A DNA stretch of 24,000 bases, from assembly GCF_004363215.1 (NCBI RefSeq), contig NZ_SNYS01000009.1:70047-94046 (forward strand), in the 5' to 3' direction. Both the position numbers and the translations under genes were made by a program. Below are positions 17,111 to 24,000 of this stretch, piece by piece. Origin of the DNA: Methanimicrococcus blatticola. GTDB lineage: Archaea > Halobacteriota > Methanosarcinia > Methanosarcinales > Methanosarcinaceae. Numbering within the stretch: the stretch's first letter is position 1; every line of letters begins with the position of its first letter. Below the pieces are notes generated by a model, which had not been told where the DNA came from, did no database searches, and saw only the letters and a list, made by a program, of their open reading frames with translations.

Positions 17111-18598
17111 ATGACTATTCAAAAAAAGCAATTAATTTTCATTCTTATCATCCTCTTGGCCGTTATTGGTCTCGTTGGTTCAGGATGTCTTAAGAACAAT
17201 GATGACGATTCATCGAATGGAACAGGTACAGGCGATAATTCTCAAAACAGTACCCCCCCGAGTAATAACAATACGTCAAATAACACGACAAATAATACAA
17301 ACAACACAACCAACACGCCTCCCACTTCCGGATTACCTGATGTCGTTTACGCAACTCCGGGCAGCGGCGGCGGACGCGGCAACAGCGCACCTACTGAAAT
17401 CACTTCAAAAGTGGGCGACCAAACAGTCGTTGTTGAAGAGTACGAAGGAGATGAACCAAATACTTACAATGTTTACGTCTATGTACCCGCAGCAGATATT
17501 GTAACAGATGACATATTGAGTATTACATTTTTGAAATCCGTTGACTCTGTTGTTGTTTCAGCGGGGTCCGAGTCTGTTCTTAAAGATGCTGTTTCTAATG
17601 GTAAAAGTGTGACTGTTAAAGCCGCAGTGGATGAGCCTGGTTTTGGTACATGGGACACTCCAAATCTTGAAGTTAAAATTGGTGATGATACTTACTACGT
17701 TTCATTCTTTGCTTCATCTGTATGGAATTTTGATGTTGCAAAAGGCGGTCAAGTTTCTATTGTTGAAACAGTCTATCTCGATAGGGATGATAAAATTGTT
17801 ACAGTCAAAGGCTCTGCCAAGAAAACTGTTGTCGCTGAACCCGGAGAAACGCGTATTACGATAAAGGCCGACAAAGGCATGGCAGGAGCATTAGTTATTG
17901 AAGACAGCGAAGGCAACCCGGTTGAATGTCGTGCGGAAGGGTATACTTCCATATTCACAGCAGAAAGTAAAATCTATTCCGTCAAAACAACTTTTGAAAC
18001 AGCTGTCAAAGCAAGTCTCATAATTGATGGCAAAAATCAAAACATCATTGTGGATCAGAATTTGGTTGAAAATGGAAATATTTTCCTTTATGTTCCTGCA
18101 GAAGATATTCTTGGTGAAAAAATTCTTTTGAAATTTAACTCTAATATTACATCTTTAACTGTAAGGGATAATCTTATTTTTTCTGGTGATGTTGCCGGTG
18201 TTAGGATTATCGGTTTTAAAGATATAGAAGCTACCATGAGTGAGACTAATAAAGTAACCCAAAAAGGTGGCGTTAATCCGAATACAATCAGTTTTGTAGT
18301 TGAAACTGAAAACGGCACATATAATGTTTACTTGCTGGCTTCAGCTCTTCTTAACTTTGAGATTCCGGAAGGCTACACTTTAACAGTTGACAATGCATTA
18401 GATTTGGAGGCAGGCAAACATAGTTTTGTAACTGATGTTGGCAAACAGCATACTTTTAGTTTCACTCCCGATGGTGAGAATAAATTTGTTTTAATTGGCT
18501 CTTCTGATGGTGAATTTATTGAATCGACCCCTCATGAATATACGTTTTTAAAAAGTCAAATCTATACAATAACAATTGTTGAACGTATCGTTGGCTAA
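17111..18598 (+). CDS. Secreted lipobox protein, paralogue 2 (two modules)
   Basis: It has the signal MTIQKKQLIFILIILLAVIGLVGSGC, an N/T-rich sequon linker and the motif TPPTSGLPDVVYATPGSGGG. Two modules follow: VYVYVPAADI...TYYVSFFASSV and IFLYVPAEDI...TYNVYLLASAL. The ATG at 17111 is preferred over the GTG at 17099. Confidence 0.7.
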   Translation: MTIQKKQLIFILIILLAVIGLVGSGCLKNNDDDSSNGTGTGDNSQNSTPPSNNNTSNNTTNNTNNTTNTPPTSGLPDVVYATPGSGGGRGNSAPTEITSKVGDQTVVVEEYEGDEPNTYNVYVYVPAADIVTDDILSITFLKSVDSVVVSAGSESVLKDAVSNGKSVTVKAAVDEPGFGTWDTPNLEVKIGDDTYYVSFFASSVWNFDVAKGGQVSIVETVYLDRDDKIVTVKGSAKKTVVAEPGETRITIKADKGMAGALVIEDSEGNPVECRAEGYTSIFTAESKIYSVKTTFETAVKASLIIDGKNQNIIVDQNLVENGNIFLYVPAEDILGEKILLKFNSNITSLTVRDNLIFSGDVAGVRIIGFKDIEATMSETNKVTQKGGVNPNTISFVVETENGTYNVYLLASALLNFEIPEGYTLTVDNALDLEAGKHSFVTDVGKQHTFSFTPDGENKFVLIGSSDGEFIESTPHEYTFLKSQIYTITIVERIVG

Positions 18599-18609
18599 TC
18601 ACAAGAATT

Positions 18610-18651
18610 AAGAACGATCTGCCGTTCTTATTTCTTTTTTATTTTTTGTCT
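18610..18651 (+). terminator. Stem-loop plus oligo-T terminator after paralogue 2
   Basis: AAGAACG (18610-18616) and CGTTCTT (18623-18629) form a 7-bp stem with loop ATCTGC. This is followed by ATTTCTTTTTTATTTTTTGTCT, the same 17-mer found after rpoA2. Confidence 0.6.
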
Positions 18652-18815
18652 GTTTCTTTTTATCTCTCTTTTCAATTCTATATCATTTCTGAAAATCTAT
18701 ATATTCAATAAGCGAATTATTTATTTAATGCCCATTTTATAAAAATTTCAAAATTGGCTGTAACAGCTGATGCAAATGGGTTTTCGTTAATTCATTAATA
18801 TGGTGGTTTAGAAAT

Positions 18816-20291
18816 ATGATAACTCAAAAGAAGCAATTATTTTTAATTTTTATAATTCTCTTTGCCGCTATCGGAATTGTCGGGGCCGGGTGCCTGAAAT
18901 CCGGTGACAGCGCAGCAAATGATACGGTAAATAACACAACAAACAATACCACAAACGACACAACAAACAACAATACAAATAACAACACGAATTCCAATAA
19001 CAATACCAATAACAACACAACAAATAATACAACGAACAACACGCCTCCAACTTCCGGATTGCCTGATGTTGTTTATGCAACTCAGGGCAATGGCGGAGGC
19101 GGCAAAAGCAACAGCGCACCCTCCTCCCCCGCAACATTAAATGGGAAAGAGGTCGTCGTAGACCAGTCTCCGGCTGTTGATGGTGTTGTGAAATGGTATT
19201 TCTATATTCCTTCAACTGAAATAATAGACGAAACCATTGTATTGACAATGCCCGGAGTAATTACTGATTTTAATGTCGAAACCACAAGTTTAATTGCTCC
19301 CATTGGAACTACAGAAACGAATTCTTCTTACGACGGTAAAGTTGCAAACATTTATTTCTCAGGTGATACAACAACACCCTGGAATACGCCTGACTTAACG
19401 ATCTCAGTCGGTGATGTTGAGTATAAAATTTCTTTCTATGCAACAGCTGCATGGGAAGCTTCTGCAACAGCAGGCGGCTCTTTTGAATTTGTTGAACTCG
19501 CAAATCCGGCTGATGCCGGCCGTGTGTTTAATATCGCAAGAATTAGTGCCGGCGCAACAAAATATTTTGTTTCTGAAGAAAGAGTTATTGAGTTTACATT
19601 AACGCCCAATAACGGATATACAGGATTCTTGGAAGTGACTGATTCAAACGGCGACCCGGTTGATTTGACTAAAAAAGACTCTAATACATACGAAACTTCA
19701 GCAGTTGTTACATCTCAAACTTATACGGTGAATGCAATTTTTGAAAAGAAAGCGGTTGCAACAGATGAAGACGGTAATAAACTCGTTGTAGACCAAAATC
19801 TGGTCGCAAATCGGAATATTTTCATTTATGTTCCTTCCGGAGAAATTGAAGATGAAGATATTTCAGTAGATATCGGAAAATCCGTTAGCGGGGCTGTTGT
19901 AATTAACTCATATGCTGTTGCTTCTGCAACACCTTCCGGCAATATTGTCACTATTACAATGGCATCCCCAATTTCCGGTTTAGAAAATGGTGGAATACCG
20001 GCTCCCTCTACTGTTACAGTTGAGGCAACAGCATCCGACGGAACTGTTTATAATATCTTTGTTTTAAAATCGGCAGTGCTTAAAATTACTGTGCCAAGCG
20101 GAGTTACATTAATTTCGGATGGAGGATTGGATTTAACTTCCGGAACATATTATTTCGTGACTGATATTAATTCTAAAGACCTGTTCACAGCATCCGCGGG
20201 AACTGTCTATATTGACGGCACTCCAGCTACGTCTGATTACACTTTCAGTGAAAGTAAAACATATGTGTTGACAATTGAACCAACAACTTAA
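18816..20291 (+). CDS. Secreted lipobox protein, paralogue 3 (two modules)
   Basis: It has the signal MITQKKQLFLIFIILFAAIGIVGAGC, a longer N/T-rich linker and the motif TPPTSGLPDVVYATQGNGGGG. The modules are WYFYIPSTEI...EYKISFYATAA and IFIYVPSGEI...VYNIFVLKSAV. Confidence 0.7.
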   Translation: MITQKKQLFLIFIILFAAIGIVGAGCLKSGDSAANDTVNNTTNNTTNDTTNNNTNNNTNSNNNTNNNTTNNTTNNTPPTSGLPDVVYATQGNGGGGKSNSAPSSPATLNGKEVVVDQSPAVDGVVKWYFYIPSTEIIDETIVLTMPGVITDFNVETTSLIAPIGTTETNSSYDGKVANIYFSGDTTTPWNTPDLTISVGDVEYKISFYATAAWEASATAGGSFEFVELANPADAGRVFNIARISAGATKYFVSEERVIEFTLTPNNGYTGFLEVTDSNGDPVDLTKKDSNTYETSAVVTSQTYTVNAIFEKKAVATDEDGNKLVVDQNLVANRNIFIYVPSGEIEDEDISVDIGKSVSGAVVINSYAVASATPSGNIVTITMASPISGLENGGIPAPSTVTVEATASDGTVYNIFVLKSAVLKITVPSGVTLISDGGLDLTSGTYYFVTDINSKDLFTASAGTVYIDGTPATSDYTFSESKTYVLTIEPTT

Positions 20292-20311
20292 ATTTTCAAT
20301 TAATTTTTCAT

Positions 20312-20350
20312 AGAATGGTTTTCATACCATTCTTTTTTTCTTTTTTTCAT
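20312..20350 (+). terminator. Stem-loop plus oligo-T terminator after paralogue 3
   Basis: AGAATGGT (20312-20319) and ACCATTCT (20326-20333) form a perfect 8-bp stem with loop TTTCAT. This is followed by TTTTTTCTTTTTTT. Confidence 0.65.
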
Positions 20351-20739
20351 GGATGAATAATTACTTAGTTGTCTCCTCATGCTTCTTATTTTTTTGAGAT
20401 TACATCATGTTCTTAAAACCATTAGGTCTGTATATTTTATATTTTTCTTGTTTAACTCAATCGATCAAATATTTTATTACAGTCCATCAACCATTCAACT
20501 TATATACTTTTTTTTATTTTGCCTTAGTTATGCTACCAATTTATTGATACTTTCACGGTATCAATTTGATGTTCGTTATTTTGTTGGTTTAATAGGGTCT
20601 TTGAAAAATGACGGGGTTGAATTATTTTTCAATATCCTTGTGAATCTTTAAGATATGGACAGAGTGTACGGTTTGTAATTGTCTTTCCTTTATATTATGG
20701 AAAACAAAATTATTGTTCGAAAATCCATAGAGGGGTTTT

Positions 20740-23700
20740 ATGAAATTTACACGAAATCAAATAATTATGATTGTTGCAATCGCCATTATTATTATCGGCG
20801 CCATTGCAGTTATGTTTGTCTATTATGGCAACAATGACAATGATTCACCTTCCGGGACCGGTTTCGGTCAGGATTTGAATCCGACTGAAACAAATGATTC
20901 TAACAAATCGGGACCCGATGATTCTAATGAACCTGAAAGTCCGAAATCTCCATCATCGGTCGGCGATGTTATCATTGCCACTCCCGGTAAAGGTGGCGGA
21001 AATAACAGACCTGCTTACAATATTACACTTAATACAATTGCAAACGGCGGAACAACTCCTGATTACGATGTGACTTACTACAAAGGAACAATTCCTGTTC
21101 ACACCGATACCAATAAAGTTCCTGTTCCGGTTCATCCGGATTCTTTGACTTTTGCAGGTTGGTATAAAGACCCTGATTATGGATCTGATAAATGGAACGA
21201 TGGTGTTGATGCTTTAACCGCACCTATTACTCTTTACGCCAAATGGGAAATGCCGATCACATTGGATGCCTCTAAATACGGCGGTAACGGCGGTAATCAG
21301 GTTTTAACTACATTTTTGACCGGCGATACTCTTGCAGATCACCTTTATGATTCCAATGACGTTCTTGTCTTTACTGATCTTAAAAAGCACACAAACGTTG
21401 ATCCTACGGGAACAACATCCGGAAAATTCAACGGCTGGTATCAGTCTTCTGATTTCGGTACATCATTCTCTGCAAGCGATATTATTCTTGAAGCAGACGA
21501 AGCCTCAACACGAATTACACGCACACCTAGCGGAAATACTCTTTATGCACGCTGGAACTTGGAAATGTCTGTTTACGGTAACCAGTTCGGTGGCGCAGGA
21601 ACAGCTGCAGAAACGATTTCTAAGCTTACGGGCGATACTGTTTCGTTTACCGATGTTTTGGGAACAAATGATGTCAAAACTCACACTTCATTATCATCAA
21701 TTGATGCAAATCTTTGGCAGGGCACAGGCAGTCCGGTAACATTTAATAATGCTTGGATTACTGCAACAAAATTAGATAATGATCAAGTCTTCTATACACG
21801 CTGGGAAGTCCCTGTTGCATGGGATGCTACAAAATATGGTGGCACCGGCAGTTCTAGTGCTTCCGGTAACAAGGTTTTAACCGGTGACCTCTGGAGCTCA
21901 GGTCTTCCTTCCAGTTCACCCGCACACACCAGTTTAACTTCCTTTGCCAACTGGTACACTTCTTCTGACAGTGGTGTTACTTTTGCTACATTACCTTATA
22001 CAGATGCAAAACTTAGTGCCGAACCTGCTACAGTGTATGCACGCTGGGAAGTCCCTGTTGCATGGGATGCCACAAAATATGGTGGCACCGGCAGTTCTAG
22101 TGCTTCCGGTAACAAGGTTTTAACCGGTGACCTTTGGAGCTCAGGTCTTCCTTCCAGTTCACCCGCACACACCAGTTTAACTTCCTTTGCCAACTGGTAC
22201 ACTTCTTCTGACAGTGGTGTTACTTTTGCTACATTACCTTATACAGATGCAAAACTTAGTGCCGAACCTGCTACAGTGTATGCACGCTGGCAAGCCCCTG
22301 TTACCTGGAAAGTTAATCACTTCGGCGGCAGCACTGTTGATTATACACAAAGTAATTTGTTAACCGGTGACACGCTTGCACTTCCGACCTTTTCAAATGC
22401 TGTTCATTCAAAAGGTCTTACCTTTGACGGCTGGTACACCGCTGCTGATGGTGGTATAAAGCATACTTCTGTTACAACTATTTCCGGTTTGACAGATGCA
22501 AGCGGTAAATTAATTGATTCTTCAACCGCAGCCGCTTACGCACGCTGGCAAGCCCCTGTTACCTGGCAAGTTAATCATTTTGGCGGTAGCTATAATATTG
22601 TAGAATCCTCTAAGTTAACCGGTGATGTTCTTACACTCCCTGCTACGGCAACTCATAGTCAAAATCTTATATTTGATGGTTGGTACACTGCTGCAGATAG
22701 TGGAACAAAATTAACTGATGCCAAAAGTATTTCAGATTTGACTGACGGCGACGGTAAACTGATTGGTTCTTCAACCACAGCTGCTTACGCACGCTGGAAA
22801 GCACATGCCAACTATTACTTCAACGCCCCGACATCGCCGGCATATTCCGGTACTGCATCAACATACTTCACGGATTATGCAACATACCTTACAGGTTCTA
22901 AAATTTCTTCACTTCCTACGTATACAGATGTCATCAGTAATTGGTCTGCTAATGTTTCTAATGTTGACAGTTCAGCAGTTCTTAAAGACGACCAGAATAA
23001 AAAATGGACTTTCGAAGGATGGTCTGAATCAGACACAGGTGCTGTTGTTTCAACAACTTCTGCTGTTGACAAAAATATGACCTTGTATGCAAACTGGACT
23101 CTTCACAATGCAATTAAAGTGAATGATAATACCGGTGATTCGGCACCATACACTTTTAAAACGGTTTATGCAACGACCACGTCAAATCTGACTTACAATA
23201 TCTCTGAAGCCGGTATTACTACGACTCAGATTAATACTGATTTAGCAGGCTGGACAAAGTTGAAAAGTGATACTTCATCTCTTTCTGATATAACATTCAG
23301 TTCGCCGAATATGGTATTTACGACTGCTCCGTCTAATAATGCCGAATATCATACAAGATGGAATTACACTCTCATTAAAAATGCAGATTACGTAGGTCCT
23401 GCTGATGTAACGCAGAAGGTTTTGACAGATGCTCCGGTTTCATTAACTAATCCATTTGCACGATCCGGTTATGATTTCAAAGGATGGAATAATAGCTCTG
23501 GTGGCACAGGTATTGATTATCTTGCTACAGCAACTCCGTCTTTCAAAGAACTTAAAATATTGTATGCTGTTTGGGACCCGGTCGCTGTTACTTTGACTTA
23601 TGACTTCAATGGAGGTTCAGGTACTATCGCCCCCGGCTCGGCTACGTATGGTTCACCGGTGACTTTATCGGATGGATCAGGGTTCACAAAACTCGGTCAT

Positions 23701-24000
23701 ACGGTAACTAGCTGGAATACTTATGCAGATGGTACAGGTACTTCCTACAGTCTGGGTCCAGCCATTACAACATCTGCATTTACGGATAATACAAGATTGT
23801 ATGCTATCTGGGAACCTGCCACTGTTACTTTGACATTCGATGCCGGTACCGGAACCGCGAATCCTCTTTTTACTAAGGATGCAACCTATGGGTCTGCTGT
23901 GGTTTTACCGGAGCCCGGGGACTCCGGAATAAATAACGTTTACTCAAAGGTCGGCTATAATTTAAGCGGTTGGAGTTCTGCTCCAAACGGCGGCGGTATT
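20740..24000 (+). CDS. Giant surface adhesin-like protein made of Listeria-Bacteroides (Flg_new / InlB B-repeat-type) repeats; 3'-partial, continuing beyond the window
   Basis: This gene is not in the ORF track. I translated frame 1 from the ATG at 20740 (GAGGGG ribosome-binding site 5 nt upstream) to 24000 and found 1087 codons with no stop. It has an N-terminal TM anchor (IIMIVAIAIIIIGAIAVMFVYY). At least 12 units of about 80 aa follow, of the form ...GGxxxx...G[YF]xFxGW[YN]...xLYA[RKI]W. Confidence 0.85.
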   Translation, partial: MKFTRNQIIMIVAIAIIIIGAIAVMFVYYGNNDNDSPSGTGFGQDLNPTETNDSNKSGPDDSNEPESPKSPSSVGDVIIATPGKGGGNNRPAYNITLNTIANGGTTPDYDVTYYKGTIPVHTDTNKVPVPVHPDSLTFAGWYKDPDYGSDKWNDGVDALTAPITLYAKWEMPITLDASKYGGNGGNQVLTTFLTGDTLADHLYDSNDVLVFTDLKKHTNVDPTGTTSGKFNGWYQSSDFGTSFSASDIILEADEASTRITRTPSGNTLYARWNLEMSVYGNQFGGAGTAAETISKLTGDTVSFTDVLGTNDVKTHTSLSSIDANLWQGTGSPVTFNNAWITATKLDNDQVFYTRWEVPVAWDATKYGGTGSSSASGNKVLTGDLWSSGLPSSSPAHTSLTSFANWYTSSDSGVTFATLPYTDAKLSAEPATVYARWEVPVAWDATKYGGTGSSSASGNKVLTGDLWSSGLPSSSPAHTSLTSFANWYTSSDSGVTFATLPYTDAKLSAEPATVYARWQAPVTWKVNHFGGSTVDYTQSNLLTGDTLALPTFSNAVHSKGLTFDGWYTAADGGIKHTSVTTISGLTDASGKLIDSSTAAAYARWQAPVTWQVNHFGGSYNIVESSKLTGDVLTLPATATHSQNLIFDGWYTAADSGTKLTDAKSISDLTDGDGKLIGSSTTAAYARWKAHANYYFNAPTSPAYSGTASTYFTDYATYLTGSKISSLPTYTDVISNWSANVSNVDSSAVLKDDQNKKWTFEGWSESDTGAVVSTTSAVDKNMTLYANWTLHNAIKVNDNTGDSAPYTFKTVYATTTSNLTYNISEAGITTTQINTDLAGWTKLKSDTSSLSDITFSSPNMVFTTAPSNNAEYHTRWNYTLIKNADYVGPADVTQKVLTDAPVSLTNPFARSGYDFKGWNNSSGGTGIDYLATATPSFKELKILYAVWDPVAVTLTYDFNGGSGTIAPGSATYGSPVTLSDGSGFTKLGHTVTSWNTYADGTGTSYSLGPAITTSAFTDNTRLYAIWEPATVTLTFDAGTGTANPLFTKDATYGSAVVLPEPGDSGINNVYSKVGYNLSGWSSAPNGGGI
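21801..22286 (+). repeat. Near-perfect in-frame tandem duplication, 2 x 243 bp (81 aa), inside the adhesin gene
   Basis: Copy 1 (21801-22043) and copy 2 (22044-22286) differ at only two positions: 21828 T vs 22071 C, and 21891 C vs 22134 T. Both changes are synonymous (Ala GCT/GCC, Leu CTC/CTT). Confidence 0.95.

Noticed and set aside
20379-20651. 90-aa ORF in the intergenic region before the adhesin gene (possible small membrane protein)
   Set aside because: It lies in very AT-rich DNA where long F/L/I/Y-rich ORFs arise by chance. It has no ribosome-binding site or recognisable motif, and it starts inside the terminator T-tract region. It cannot be fully excluded.
20728-20742. In-frame TAG 9 nt upstream of the adhesin ATG (possible longer recoded N-terminus)
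   Set aside because: The frame upstream of that TAG runs only to a TGA at 20641-20643 with no start codon or coding-like sequence. The ATG at 20740 has a good GAGGGG ribosome-binding site and begins a normal TM anchor.
21332-23080. Track ORFs 21332-21739 (+), 21996-22202 (-), 22763-23080 (+) and 22875-23072 (-)
   Set aside because: They are out of frame with, or antisense to, the continuous frame-1 ORF (20740-24000), which carries the repeated Flg_new signature throughout.

Overview
Archaeal (methanogen) chromosomal window; all calls rest on motif reading and manual translation, with no database search. Layout:
- (1) 1-480: repeat-rich convergent intergenic DNA.
- (2) 485-2850, minus strand: an NfnAB/SudAB-type oxidoreductase pair.
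- (3) 3114-3190: tRNA-Lys(UUU).
- (4) 3391-11649, plus strand: the archaeal RNA polymerase operon rpoH-rpoB2-rpoB1-rpoA1-rpoA2, with a split B subunit. B'' and A'' both carry unusual C-terminal tails, and the A'' tail ends in an AT-hook-like [11 protein letters not shown].
- (5) 11817-15609, minus strand: a four-gene operon. It encodes a RecA/KaiC-fold pseudo-ATPase, a TIM-barrel fused to methanogenesis marker domain 9, a CitG-like protein and a DUF447-like protein.
- (6) 15687-16094: hisI.
- (7) 16154-24000: an apparently AT-richer surface-protein island. It holds three tandem paralogous lipobox proteins and a protein of more than 1087 aa built of Listeria-Bacteroides (Flg_new) repeats. That gene is missing from the ORF track because it runs off the window.

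Most interesting observation: the KaiC-like gene is interrupted by an in-frame TAG. The same frame stays open for 75 more codons that complete the RecA fold, and a perfect hairpin starts 9 nt after the UAG. This makes it a candidate pyrrolysine or readthrough recoding site, or alternatively a very recent pseudogene.

Other notable points:
- a 241/243-identical in-frame tandem duplication inside the adhesin gene;
- a DV[VI][YI]AT[PQ]GxGGG module shared by otherwise different surface proteins;
- a recurring T-rich 3'-end motif, present as a 23-bp x4 tandem array after the nfn genes.
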